From a virus: a DNA stretch of 64,000 bases. The stretch lies in IMG/VR virus record IMGVR_UViG_3300002026_002465, positions 113,949-177,948 of that record. One strand, 5' to 3'. Position 1 is the stretch's first letter. Each line of letters begins with the position of its first letter. This document shows positions 10,601-21,209 of this stretch, one piece after another. The translations under genes and the position numbers were made by a program. Under the pieces are notes generated by a model. That model worked only from the letters and a program-made list of their open reading frames with translations. It had not been told where the DNA came from and did no database searches.

Positions 10601-13600
10601 TGAAACTGTATTTGTTCATTCTAATGGTATTGATAATTCAACAATAGAATTTAAAAGAACAAAAAGTTGTTATGAAAAAATATCAACAACATCTGATTCA
10701 AATATTGGATATTATGAACCTGGAGAATTTTATACTTTTAAAATATTAATTGATGGTCAAGAAGATAAAATAATAAAAATACTTTCTCCAAGTTGGAATA
10801 AAGGTCCATGGACTATACAAAAAATATATGAACAAATTAAATCAAACTATAGTGGTAGTCTAATAGACTGGTTAAATCCTGAAGGTAAAGAATCTGTTGT
10901 TAAAACATTGGATTGGACAAATCCTGAATCATCTTCAATTAAAACTGATGGTTTTTATTCAATTGGAAAACAAGATTTAACAAGACATGTTAGAGGAAAT
11001 ATCCATAAAATATTTATACCAGCAAATCAAAATAAAACATTTTATATTATTCGTGGAAAACAAATATTCCAATCAAAATTTGATCCAAATGTTTTAAAAG
11101 ATGATAATGGAAAATATCCTGGTGTTATAGCTCCTAGAGGAACTGTTTTATCTTATGATCTCCTTCCAAAAAACCTCGATGCAACTAGTATAAACTTTGT
11201 TTGGTTTGTTCAAGATAAAGGATATTATAAATGGACTCAAGATGGATGGGAAGAAGTTCAATATTATACAAAATGGGATATATATTCTGAAGGTATTAAA
11301 CTAACAAAATATAAACATATTAATGATATTGAAAAAACTTTTGGTGATGCTTCTAATAATAAAGTATGGGTTGATCTTCCAATAGAACCTGGTTATAATT
11401 TATTAAAAGGATCTGTTAGAGTAAAAACAAATTTTATTGCAGAAGTTGGATTTACAGAAGGTGAAGATTATTTTATTGATTATGATAATAATAAAATGAT
11501 AAGATCAGATACAACAAATATGTTGTTAAATTCTGAATTTTCTTATGCAGATACATATATTAATTTAAATAATCTTGATTATAAAGGTGAAGTTTCAAGC
11601 ACAGGATCATTACCAACAGTTGGTGTTTCAATTGGTGATGCTTATAAAGTTGGAAGCGATTATTATAGATGTAAAGAGTTACCAATATCTGGATTTAGTT
11701 CATGGATAAAATTCTCAAATGAAATTGTTCCATTAAACTGGAAATATTATGCTCAAAATGATACAGGTTTTGAAACAATTTTAAGAAAAACACGAGATGC
11801 ATATGATAATAGAAATGATGTAGCAGAATTTATAGTAAAATCAGTATCTTCAGGAAGTGAAGTTGGTGTATTATATCAAGTTGTTGATATTGATTATGCT
11901 CAAGATGTATATACATTCTCCGTTGATTTGAAGGCTTATAATTATTCAAAAGTAATAATAAGAATATCAGAATGTGATAACTCAAATATTTCTAGTTTTG
12001 GATATAACAAACTAGGAAATTCATTTACTGATTTAGTTTATAAATCATCTAGATTAGATTATCAAATAGGAAATGCTAATAACTCTACATCTGTTGATAG
12101 TTATGATAAGTGGAATAGAGTTGTATTGTCACATGAATTAAAAGATGCAAGAACAACAAAACTTAGAGTTGAAATTTATTCTTTAAAGAATAATCAACTT
12201 TATGTAGATAAGGCTCAACTTGAAAAAAATGCTTCTCAAACACCATTTGTTGAGACTGCAAGATTATCAAGAATTGATCCTAATATGCATGTTTGGATTG
12301 ATTATGTAGAATATACAACTGCAATAAAAGGAACTGATTACAAGTTTGATTTAGCAACAAGAAAAATAAAAATGATAGAAGACATATCAGATAATGAATA
12401 TTTTTATTTTAATTACAAATATAATAAAATATTTAATCCATATGATTATGGAAACTCAAAACCAGTTGCTGCTGTTAATTATGATCCTAGAGATGATTAC
12501 TTTATATTAAAATCAGAAGGTCATATATGGGCAATAAATCAAATGTTCGCTATGATTTCATTAGAAACAGAAGATCCTCTCCTTGTTTCATATAATTATC
12601 ACTATCCACGCGTTGATCAAATTAAAATAAGAAATCAACCTGATAGATTTGGTAATTTTATTTATGTTGTAAAGGGCGAAGCAGCTTATGACAACCCATA
12701 TAAACCAAATGACATTGGATCTGGTTATGGAATAAATGGATCAAAACAATATTATAATGGTGTTGATATTAGTGAAATAGAAGATTCTGTAAATAATGAT
12801 ATTCTTTATGAAATAAACGTTGTTGATAATAATTATCAAATAAATGATATTTATGATAGACGTATTTATATTGATGCTAGAGACAATCTTAATTATAATA
12901 TTTCTCTTTTACCTGAAACACTTGCATACTTCCCATTTAAAAAAGATTTTAACTCAACAAATGGTTTAACACCATTGAATTTTATTCAAAATAGTAAAAT
13001 TATTCCAATAATTAAAAACTATTCTATATTACAACTTGTTGAAGTTGGAGCTTGGAGAAATGGATATCAGTTAGGATTAAGAACACAATTTACTTATCCA
13101 GGAACTTCATTCTCTGTTTTCGTAGATCCTATAGATGGAAATGATACAAATACTGGTAAATCAGAAAACAGTGCATTTAAAACTGTTCAACGAGCATTAG
13201 ATGGAGATGCACTATATAGTAATAGCACTGATGATTATGTAACAAACATTATTATTACAAAACCATCAACAATTAAAGAAAATATAGAAATCAATAAACC
13301 ATTTACAGTTTCAATTGTTGCAAAATCATATTGCTATTGGGTTGGTTCAATTCAAAACTTGACAGAATGTAATATTCAAGGTGTTTGGTTTAAAAACACT
13401 GCAATATATCCATTTAATAAAATAAGTTTTTATTATTGTACTTTTGATAATACATCAATAAACTGTATATCACCACAAAATATAAGTTTATATAATTGTG
13501 AAGCCACAAACAATCATAATCCTCTATTAAGAGTTAAAAACACTCTCTATCCATCACCATTCAAATTCCCATATATGAGAATGTCAGAAAGAGATGATGG

Positions 13601-16600
13601 AATAATAGGATATCCTGATAGTGTTGCTACAAGCAATAATGAATCTATTGCACCTGGTGACGTCTTTAATACACCACAATTAACAGCCTCAACATATATT
13701 TTCAAGAATTGTTTAATTTATGGTTCAACAGATCATATTATAAAATTCGATCCATCACCTGCATGGACTGGAAGTTTTGGTTTTGATTTCTGTACAATAG
13801 CAGATAACGTTGGAATGTTTTCAACACCAAAATATAATCTATCAATAAATTATTCAAACTCAATTATTTCAAATAATAGAGAAATAATTTCACAAACAGA
13901 TGATGCAATTATTAAAAAAGTTTTTAATTGTAATTCATCAATAAACTTTGATACTTGCTATATTGATTTCCCAAATAAATCAGATGAAGAAGGATCTTCA
14001 AATCTTTGGAATAATTTAAGTGGTGAATTATTAGGAAGAGAATCATGTATTTATAGTAAAAATGTTGGTGGATCTCCTCAATTTTTAGGTGATAATGATT
14101 ATCACTTAAAGTCAATAGCAAAAGGATCAACAACAGATTCTCCAGTTCTTGATAAAGGAACTGGCGGTATAGATCTTGGATGCTATACAGAAACAAGACA
14201 ACAAACAGAACAAAACATTCCAAAAAAATTAAAAAACTATACGGCCTATATTGATGAAGCAATTCATTATGCAATGGTAATTAACTCTGAAAAAATAACT
14301 GTAACACTTGAATTTAAACCATCAGGAACAGTTACAAAGAGTGGTATATTATTTGATACAAGAACATCAGATGATGACGTTGATTATATTGTTCTTGCCT
14401 ATAATAACAATAATGATAATGATCATAATCTTGAACAAAGTGAAGGTAACTTACAAAGTAATCCTTATAGATTTAGAGTAATAGTTGCCAACAAAGAAAA
14501 ATCATACTCAATAATATCACCAATTCAAATAACCACTGATGAAGAATTTCAAATTTGGCACAGAATTTCTTTCACTATAAACTATGAAAAGATAATAAAT
14601 ACAAAACCAAAATATGATGAATATAATAAAATTCAAAACATTATTATATTATATCATAACAAACAAGAATCAATAGAATCTTTTGTAAAGTATGACTTGT
14701 CAAGATATACAAGTGGTGAATTAATTTCTGGCAGTGGAAATGATGGATTCAATTCTTGGAATTATAATGATATCACAAAATATATAACTATTGGTGCAGA
14801 TTATAAAAATACTGAAACACTAAGAATGACTGGTTATTATGATGAATTAAGAATTGACAATAGATTCATAGACAGAAAACAATTTGAATTATGGAATGTA
14901 AAAAAAGTTCAATTCAATGATCCTGTTGCCTATGTTAATCAAATTCCATTAACAAAATCTTTTAACCCTCGTACTCTTCAAGAATATTGGTCATTAAAAG
15001 ATATATATGATGTTGGATCTAAAGGAAATAAATTCTTAGAAAATACATCTAAAAGAATGACATATGAAGATGGATACCCTGCATGGTTTATTGGAAATAC
15101 AACTAATAACATAATTGAAAATTCTAACTTCTCTGGAAACTATAATGCTCTCCTAGAAACTGAATCTTTAGTTTTTGATACACCAATTGTTTTAACATCA
15201 AACTGGCATATATCAACATCAGGATCAAGAAATACAATTGATGAAGCTGGATTTGATATTACAATATTAGACACATCATCTCCTCAATATTCTGATGCAG
15301 CAGGCTATCAAGATCTAGGATTAAATATAACAGATACCACAGTAACATCTAGCTTAGGTGCTAAAACATTCCCATTTGATGTTAAAATTAATAATACTCT
15401 ATATCACAAGAATCTTATCCTCCAAGCAGATCCTGGATATCAAGAATTATCATTAATAAGCGGTGTGGCAAACTCTTTAATAGTTCCAGGAATAAATCCA
15501 AATGGAACAGAACCAGAGTATAATCTTAATTATAAATTATATGATAGTAATAATCCAACTGGTATTGATAAAATAATTCCATTATCTATATCTGGTGTAA
15601 ATGAAATAACACACATTACAACAGTTGGTTCATTAACAGAACTTAAAAACAAATATTTTACTCTATCATCAACTGGTGACAGTCATAGATATTATGTTTG
15701 GTATGCACAAGAAGAAGGAACTACAAATAAACCAACATTAAATTCTCACGATCCTGCTGGTCAATTACAAAAAATAGAATTGACAGTTACTGCGCCTATA
15801 CCAAGAGAACAAATAAATAGTGGCAAGTATGAGGGTAAAGGATTTACTATTTATGATAATGCAGGAGTTGCTAGAAATGTTTATTTTGATGAATCATCAA
15901 CACTTATACCAGTTGTAACAATGCCACCATTATGGGTAGGAACTGATCTAACAAAAGTAATAAGAGTATCTTTAACAACAACTTCTGCTAATGAAGGAAT
16001 GCTTACACCATACATAGCTGAAAAAATTCAAGAAGCTATTAATCCTGTTGGACAATGGACTGTTACATTAAATGGAAGTACTTTAACAATAGAGAATAAA
16101 GAAAAAGTTTCTTTGTCAGACGTAAACTTAACAATTGGAAACTCTAGTGACTTATTAAGTGTTAATAAAATAACAGAAGGTTGTGCACCAATAGCTGGTT
16201 TTGATACAAGAACTGGAATTATGGCTCTTATTTCTTCAACAGATGATCAAGATGCTATTTTATTAAAAACAAAAAATGCATTTACTTCAGCTGTTAACAC
16301 AGATATTATGACTGCTGAAAAAATTAATGGTAATGTTGAAGAAATAGAAATAACCTTTAATTCAGGTGTCAAGAATGATTATGATAGTAAATATTTCACA
16401 TTAACAAGCAATGATCAGTTTGGATTTAGTTCAAATTATTATGTTTGGTTTAATGCAGGAATAGATGGTGATAAACAAGTAACAAGAGTAACTTGTAATG
16501 CAGATGAAACATTAGGTGGAGACCCAAGCAAAATATTAAACAACAAATATTTTACTCTTCCTACAAATTCAGGTGAAAATTATTTCTGGTATAATGCTAA

Positions 16601-19600
16601 TGGACTTGGAAGAGATCCAGGACAAAACCACTTAGCAATAAAAGAGGAATTTACTCTTTCATTTGGTGATGATCTAAAAGACAAGAATTCTTATCATGGA
16701 AAGTATTTTACGTTATCAACACCAATTGAAAATTATTGTGTTTATTATACAGTAAATGGTGTAGATGTTGATCTCGTATTAAATGAAGTGCTTGATACTT
16801 ATCAGAAAATACGAATCGATATTGGTTCTGATGTTGGTGGTCTTGATCAAAGATCAACAATCATGACTCAAACAAAAAATGTTCTTAGAGCTCAAGTATC
16901 AGGTTTTGTAGATAGCTCTATTTCAATCCAAGGTAATGTTATGAGCTTTTCAATTCCAGAAGGAAAAACAAGAGCAATATCAACTACTGGTAGTTTTAGT
17001 GATGATATAACTTATACAAGAATTACAATTGGAATGAATACACAGACTAAAACATATCAAGGCGCAGGACTTGGATATGTTATTGCAATATCAGAAAATG
17101 ATAGTGCTAACGCCATTACAGTTGCAACTCAAAGTGTAATTAATAATACTGGTAAATATGATATTGTTGCTAATACAAATATATTAACAATAACAAATAA
17201 AGTTGTTGGCAAGTGTAGTGTTTTTGAAAGTAATACTGGGTTTACAATAATAAGTGTTATTGGTGGTGTAAATTCAACAACAAATCCAAATATATTAAAT
17301 TCTATAGGTGTTGAGATTGATATAACAGATACGTTAAATGCTGTTGGAGTTGCAAGTGCTGTGAATTCTGTTATTAATAACTTGAGTGATTTTAATTCAA
17401 CAATTTTAGTAGATACAACAAAAATAAAGATTGTAACAACAGATGATGAAAAGAACTTCGTAAATCCATCTATTGGAAATTTAGGAGAAACAACAACACT
17501 TGATATTATAAATCATGGAAAGTTGCCATATGTTAAATTTACTAATACTGAAAATGGAGTTGTAACAACAAAGCCAACTTTCTCATTTAATGGAACATAT
17601 GAAATTACTCAAACTGGTATTTTTGCTAATACAGGTTTTGGAAACTTGATAACAATATTAAATCAAAAAACTTTAAATGATTTAACATGGTCAATTATTG
17701 GTGGAAAACTAAGAGCAACAACAGTATCACAAGGAGTTGAATCAACAATTGAAATAATAAATACTAATTTGACAAATGACTTAATAAAAGTTATTGGTTT
17801 TAATATTTCTCCAAAGGTTTATGGACTTCCTGTTGATGATGATTTGGAAACAGTTTTATATGAATTGAATAAGATTGATTCTAGAATACATTGGGAGTTT
17901 ATTACAAAAACAAATGGCAAGAAAGATATTAGAGCTATATTGACATATAAGGGTCAAGAGTCTTTAATAAAGTTTGAAGATACTGGTAATGTTCTTGATT
18001 TATTTACAAAACTTGGTGTTGTATATAATAATATAACTTCATTTGATGGATTCTCAAAAATAACATTATACAATCAATATCAAGCTGAAGAATTAGTCAA
18101 GCAAGTCTTTTCAAAATTAAGACAAGAAAAAAAAACTGATATAGATTGTAATATAAGAAATCAAAAATTAATTATATTTACTGATGATTTTATTACTAAT
18201 ACTATTACTGTTGACTTTAAAAATGATTATGCAAAACTTTTCCCAGCAAGAAATCAAATTACAAGTGTTACAGCTGTTGTTGGAAATAAAAACCATGGTG
18301 TTTGGAATGTTAATTTAACAAATATTACTCCTGTTGATGATACAGTTTCATATAACTATGATAAAGAATATAATAAATATTCTGAAAATTCATTGGTTGT
18401 TGAAAAGAAATCTAGTGATGCTTTAAACATTAATATATCACAATATATAATGTTAAAAAAAGAAACAGATTATACATTATCAACTTATGTTTATTCAGAA
18501 GATTATCTCTCATCAAATAATATTAAATTTAAGTTTACAAATGAAGAACTTGATTGGGATAATATTGAAAGACTTGATGGTAACTGGTGGAGATTAGTAT
18601 ACTCATTTAAAAATGAATATGCTGGACAATATCATATTGGTCTTGTTGTTATAAAAACAAATAGAATGTATATTGATGCTGTTCAATTTGAAGAAAATAA
18701 ATTTATGACTCCGTTTGTGCTTAGTTCAAAAAATGATATTGGTAAGTTGGGAATAAATAAGTCATTATTAAATAAAAAAAGAGGAACATTATTCTTTAAG
18801 TTTAAACCTTATTTTGATTACTACAAACCAACTATTACTAATCCAAGGGTAATAATAAACATGCCTACAATAGATGATAATATTGTAGATCAATCTCTTG
18901 GTTTTAAAGTAATTTATTATTTTGATCCAATTAAAAATAGAGGAATATTTGAGTTTAGTATAAATAATGAAGATTCATCTTCTTGGAAGCTTGAAGCAAT
19001 AGAATCATTCTTTAATCAATGGCACTCTATTGGTTTTGTTTATGATTATATTAACGATAGATTTATTTATTGGTTTGATTATTTTAATAATATAATTGAC
19101 TCTCCATTTAATAATTATGAATGGGCAAATCTTTGGATTGGTCATAATGGACTTGATTCTTCTAGTATGTCAGCCGATATAGTTGTTAAAGATATAGTTA
19201 TACAAAATTATACAACAACAGACTCTGAAATTCTTAATTGGAATACAACATATGAATTCTTTAATACTTCACTTTTTAACTCAACAATACAAGAAGTTAA
19301 AAATGAGTTGTTAGGATTAAAACAAGGAACATTAAGTAACTCTGATTTATCTCTAGATTTACAAAATCAACTCGCTATTATTGAAAACAGAGTTGATGAA
19401 TATGACTCTAATGAAGTTGATAACTTGAACTATATTACAAAGTTATCAAGTTTCATAGGGTATCCAAAACCATTAAGTGATTCTTATTCTGAAATTCCTT
19501 CAGATCAAGGAAATCATGAAAACAGAATTAAAGGTGTTGAAATAACTACAACTTTCTTGAATGGAAAAAACAGTGTTTTTGAAGATAGATTAAATTATGC

Positions 19601-21209
19601 TCTATCAGAAGTAGATAATGTTAATAACTCTCTTGGAAATATTTTAGCTGAAATAAATACAGAGAAAAATACAAGATCTACAGAAGATCAAGCAATAAAA
19701 AATCTTTATGCTTCAACATCAATTAATAAAGGTGCTTCTCTTGTTGGTATATATGATGTTAATGGAAGATATTCAGCAATTAACGTTGAGGATATATTAC
19801 AAGAAATTGCAGGTGGTGGTAGAACAACTGAAAGCTTGAAATCATTAAAAGATGATATATCAAGTCTTGAATTATTGATTGGACAAAATGATGAAGATTT
19901 TGAATATATTAAAGATGGCAACACACAACTTTTAACAAGAGTATTATCTCAATCAGCTGGATATAATGTTTTTGATATAAAAAATGATTTAACTACATTA
20001 GAAAATGATGTTTCTCTTATTAGAGATAATAACAAAAAAGCAAAACTTTCTTCTCAAAAAATAATTGTTAATTTTACTGATAGTGGCTCATTTGTTCCAC
20101 TATTACCAGAAACAGTATATTCATTTATTGTTAATGGCAAAGAATTTAGTATAATAACACCAGAAGAAAATGTAACTTGGAATAGTTTAATTACAAACTT
20201 TTTACCAAATGCTACAAGTGCCGATAATGAGTTATTATCACTAAAACATAATATACTCAGAACATCAGATAATAATATTTCATTCAATATTCTAATTGAA
20301 AACAAGGCTGATATTGTAGAAGGTTTTACTGTTGATATACTTCCTGGAATAACAGAAATAGATTTGTTAATATCATTAAGTGCTGGTGTTGGTATTGCTA
20401 CAAGCACACAAATTAATTTTATACCTTTAACAATGAATAATGCTTCAATGTTTGAGAAAATTAATACAGAAATAACTGATAGACAAAATTCAATTTCTGC
20501 AATACGAAATGATCTAAGTAATGATACTTTAGTTGCTCCTGGAGCTTCATTAATTGGAATTAATTCTGCTGGTATATTTACATCAACAACAGTTCAACAA
20601 GCTCTAGAAGAAATTTCTGGCATAGAGAGAAACTCAAGTATGACAATAGCAGGAAACTATAATAACATTCAAGGTATGTTATCTAGTATATCTACATTAC
20701 AATCAAATGTTTCTAATTCTTCTTCAAACATTGTTGGTATTAAAGAAAATATACAATTAATGAAAGATGGTAATCTTGGAATAACTTGGGATGGCGTGCA
20801 AACAATAAAACCAAATCTTATGGATTTATCATCAAGACTTGGAATTGCTGAAGATGATATTATATCATCAAACACTGCAATTGGTGTTAATGCTCTTGGT
20901 CTTGCAAATACAAATCAAACATTAAACAATGTAAGTAATAATCTAACAACAGAAATTACAAATAGAGTAAATGGTGATAGTAATATCATGCAACAACTTG
21001 CAAGCTCTTCTGTTAATAAAGGTGCTTCTTTAATTGCTATACAAGATGTTGCTGGAAAATATACAGCAACAACAGTTGAAGGTGCTTTAGCAGAAGTTGA
21101 TACAAAGCTTGCAGCCTTAGCAGGTGCACTATCATGGCAATCTCCAGTTGCTAGTCTATTATTATTACCAACAACTGGAAATATAATAGGAAATGCAAGA
21201 ACAGTATAG
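7623..21209 (+). CDS. Giant virion fibre/adhesin protein, N-terminal 4,528 aa (CBM-like jelly rolls, beta-helix, LamG-like, repeats)
   Basis: TTG start; NLVKNGSFE...IDGVQLEE CBM-like modules; VFVDPIDGNDTNTG...AFKTVQRAL beta-helix opener; five KYFTL...YYVW-type repeats; GASL(V/I)...VExALxE fibre repeats. Confidence 0.8.
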   Translation: MSVIKRWSTGSIGNEYPDHKERNNPNTKGLSYEGSEIVGPGIEGYIEEDEVLASSDNRPLKNLVENDIILDKNISDVASEVDHGIFKNRYNEFKLDILTQDYLNDPEIQSTEFLTTLLRINSGSSIINGKVTRIGNQKILYFMRTTDSSIIFPDYENNTDSILIEINDDNYFNDYNVVYTTISDTLPNNFESYEVKITNKSTINTSVEDRVLIYKIYRDWEDITPLKADSKEAKNEIINFQNDINFGKTSDGYWLKSPTGLGDPIKGTFVTDVKIKKDIEIKDKFLEKDLFTINTTTGKKEYEIITDGIFFNDIQWFIADELIDKSADIQDIYVDENNNIYFIIRSKTSTQLYYKAATSTQLVAKPIRNVGEPNTISVNTRLKQIKNYLFVYGTNGFIRAVQLDSNNYIETPALVFSNIQTTQEITSIYVWNDQIWIAGENTLWHSNQTLSSISNYSTIFPTWTFTELKLNDVVKDLSGQPIVKKITTLERTKGNIIVDTAINTNIFNLVKNGSFEQGTPGQIPTNWNLTDDLSELNAELLSTFEMTQSSGSSNTDRWGNYKGILKLGSGVTRATVYQDFILEENSQNKIYNFSVFLKSGVPQGSTIKIAEYNSDNEIVTSIDSGLLNTSSESWVIDNTNVNTWIRPEIAFRIANNNSKYLRFSINCESASPLQIDGVQLEEINNSGIEITNITCAADIDGSLSGKYLLISSPLHNYYAWINVDMDLNGQGDSIDPKLLETFDGSGISKYPVLLNKTGIQVLISKNSHADVVAEKVAKAINFVSDLVAYRIQNTIQVQVSSEIPGQVADASIATLGSVGFFIDIVVQGLYKASQYIENYEYLFIGFEKFESNRTDQPFAFIDIANPTGPQAIKYVLGKYGNVMRINAAIHDDSNRMYVTDDKRIYTLTFLNNYNMYDRFTMVDISNKNSNELDFSSNIYKFETIAKFNNRIMFGGTVDNRVIKAKYGIDDKKDHTIEFVDALDGFKSFNSLFGETVFVHSNGIDNSTIEFKRTKSCYEKISTTSDSNIGYYEPGEFYTFKILIDGQEDKIIKILSPSWNKGPWTIQKIYEQIKSNYSGSLIDWLNPEGKESVVKTLDWTNPESSSIKTDGFYSIGKQDLTRHVRGNIHKIFIPANQNKTFYIIRGKQIFQSKFDPNVLKDDNGKYPGVIAPRGTVLSYDLLPKNLDATSINFVWFVQDKGYYKWTQDGWEEVQYYTKWDIYSEGIKLTKYKHINDIEKTFGDASNNKVWVDLPIEPGYNLLKGSVRVKTNFIAEVGFTEGEDYFIDYDNNKMIRSDTTNMLLNSEFSYADTYINLNNLDYKGEVSSTGSLPTVGVSIGDAYKVGSDYYRCKELPISGFSSWIKFSNEIVPLNWKYYAQNDTGFETILRKTRDAYDNRNDVAEFIVKSVSSGSEVGVLYQVVDIDYAQDVYTFSVDLKAYNYSKVIIRISECDNSNISSFGYNKLGNSFTDLVYKSSRLDYQIGNANNSTSVDSYDKWNRVVLSHELKDARTTKLRVEIYSLKNNQLYVDKAQLEKNASQTPFVETARLSRIDPNMHVWIDYVEYTTAIKGTDYKFDLATRKIKMIEDISDNEYFYFNYKYNKIFNPYDYGNSKPVAAVNYDPRDDYFILKSEGHIWAINQMFAMISLETEDPLLVSYNYHYPRVDQIKIRNQPDRFGNFIYVVKGEAAYDNPYKPNDIGSGYGINGSKQYYNGVDISEIEDSVNNDILYEINVVDNNYQINDIYDRRIYIDARDNLNYNISLLPETLAYFPFKKDFNSTNGLTPLNFIQNSKIIPIIKNYSILQLVEVGAWRNGYQLGLRTQFTYPGTSFSVFVDPIDGNDTNTGKSENSAFKTVQRALDGDALYSNSTDDYVTNIIITKPSTIKENIEINKPFTVSIVAKSYCYWVGSIQNLTECNIQGVWFKNTAIYPFNKISFYYCTFDNTSINCISPQNISLYNCEATNNHNPLLRVKNTLYPSPFKFPYMRMSERDDGIIGYPDSVATSNNESIAPGDVFNTPQLTASTYIFKNCLIYGSTDHIIKFDPSPAWTGSFGFDFCTIADNVGMFSTPKYNLSINYSNSIISNNREIISQTDDAIIKKVFNCNSSINFDTCYIDFPNKSDEEGSSNLWNNLSGELLGRESCIYSKNVGGSPQFLGDNDYHLKSIAKGSTTDSPVLDKGTGGIDLGCYTETRQQTEQNIPKKLKNYTAYIDEAIHYAMVINSEKITVTLEFKPSGTVTKSGILFDTRTSDDDVDYIVLAYNNNNDNDHNLEQSEGNLQSNPYRFRVIVANKEKSYSIISPIQITTDEEFQIWHRISFTINYEKIINTKPKYDEYNKIQNIIILYHNKQESIESFVKYDLSRYTSGELISGSGNDGFNSWNYNDITKYITIGADYKNTETLRMTGYYDELRIDNRFIDRKQFELWNVKKVQFNDPVAYVNQIPLTKSFNPRTLQEYWSLKDIYDVGSKGNKFLENTSKRMTYEDGYPAWFIGNTTNNIIENSNFSGNYNALLETESLVFDTPIVLTSNWHISTSGSRNTIDEAGFDITILDTSSPQYSDAAGYQDLGLNITDTTVTSSLGAKTFPFDVKINNTLYHKNLILQADPGYQELSLISGVANSLIVPGINPNGTEPEYNLNYKLYDSNNPTGIDKIIPLSISGVNEITHITTVGSLTELKNKYFTLSSTGDSHRYYVWYAQEEGTTNKPTLNSHDPAGQLQKIELTVTAPIPREQINSGKYEGKGFTIYDNAGVARNVYFDESSTLIPVVTMPPLWVGTDLTKVIRVSLTTTSANEGMLTPYIAEKIQEAINPVGQWTVTLNGSTLTIENKEKVSLSDVNLTIGNSSDLLSVNKITEGCAPIAGFDTRTGIMALISSTDDQDAILLKTKNAFTSAVNTDIMTAEKINGNVEEIEITFNSGVKNDYDSKYFTLTSNDQFGFSSNYYVWFNAGIDGDKQVTRVTCNADETLGGDPSKILNNKYFTLPTNSGENYFWYNANGLGRDPGQNHLAIKEEFTLSFGDDLKDKNSYHGKYFTLSTPIENYCVYYTVNGVDVDLVLNEVLDTYQKIRIDIGSDVGGLDQRSTIMTQTKNVLRAQVSGFVDSSISIQGNVMSFSIPEGKTRAISTTGSFSDDITYTRITIGMNTQTKTYQGAGLGYVIAISENDSANAITVATQSVINNTGKYDIVANTNILTITNKVVGKCSVFESNTGFTIISVIGGVNSTTNPNILNSIGVEIDITDTLNAVGVASAVNSVINNLSDFNSTILVDTTKIKIVTTDDEKNFVNPSIGNLGETTTLDIINHGKLPYVKFTNTENGVVTTKPTFSFNGTYEITQTGIFANTGFGNLITILNQKTLNDLTWSIIGGKLRATTVSQGVESTIEIINTNLTNDLIKVIGFNISPKVYGLPVDDDLETVLYELNKIDSRIHWEFITKTNGKKDIRAILTYKGQESLIKFEDTGNVLDLFTKLGVVYNNITSFDGFSKITLYNQYQAEELVKQVFSKLRQEKKTDIDCNIRNQKLIIFTDDFITNTITVDFKNDYAKLFPARNQITSVTAVVGNKNHGVWNVNLTNITPVDDTVSYNYDKEYNKYSENSLVVEKKSSDALNINISQYIMLKKETDYTLSTYVYSEDYLSSNNIKFKFTNEELDWDNIERLDGNWWRLVYSFKNEYAGQYHIGLVVIKTNRMYIDAVQFEENKFMTPFVLSSKNDIGKLGINKSLLNKKRGTLFFKFKPYFDYYKPTITNPRVIINMPTIDDNIVDQSLGFKVIYYFDPIKNRGIFEFSINNEDSSSWKLEAIESFFNQWHSIGFVYDYINDRFIYWFDYFNNIIDSPFNNYEWANLWIGHNGLDSSSMSADIVVKDIVIQNYTTTDSEILNWNTTYEFFNTSLFNSTIQEVKNELLGLKQGTLSNSDLSLDLQNQLAIIENRVDEYDSNEVDNLNYITKLSSFIGYPKPLSDSYSEIPSDQGNHENRIKGVEITTTFLNGKNSVFEDRLNYALSEVDNVNNSLGNILAEINTEKNTRSTEDQAIKNLYASTSINKGASLVGIYDVNGRYSAINVEDILQEIAGGGRTTESLKSLKDDISSLELLIGQNDEDFEYIKDGNTQLLTRVLSQSAGYNVFDIKNDLTTLENDVSLIRDNNKKAKLSSQKIIVNFTDSGSFVPLLPETVYSFIVNGKEFSIITPEENVTWNSLITNFLPNATSADNELLSLKHNILRTSDNNISFNILIENKADIVEGFTVDILPGITEIDLLISLSAGVGIATSTQINFIPLTMNNASMFEKINTEITDRQNSISAIRNDLSNDTLVAPGASLIGINSAGIFTSTTVQQALEEISGIERNSSMTIAGNYNNIQGMLSSISTLQSNVSNSSSNIVGIKENIQLMKDGNLGITWDGVQTIKPNLMDLSSRLGIAEDDIISSNTAIGVNALGLANTNQTLNNVSNNLTTEITNRVNGDSNIMQQLASSSVNKGASLIAIQDVAGKYTATTVEGALAEVDTKLAALAGALSWQSPVASLLLLPTTGNIIGNARTV

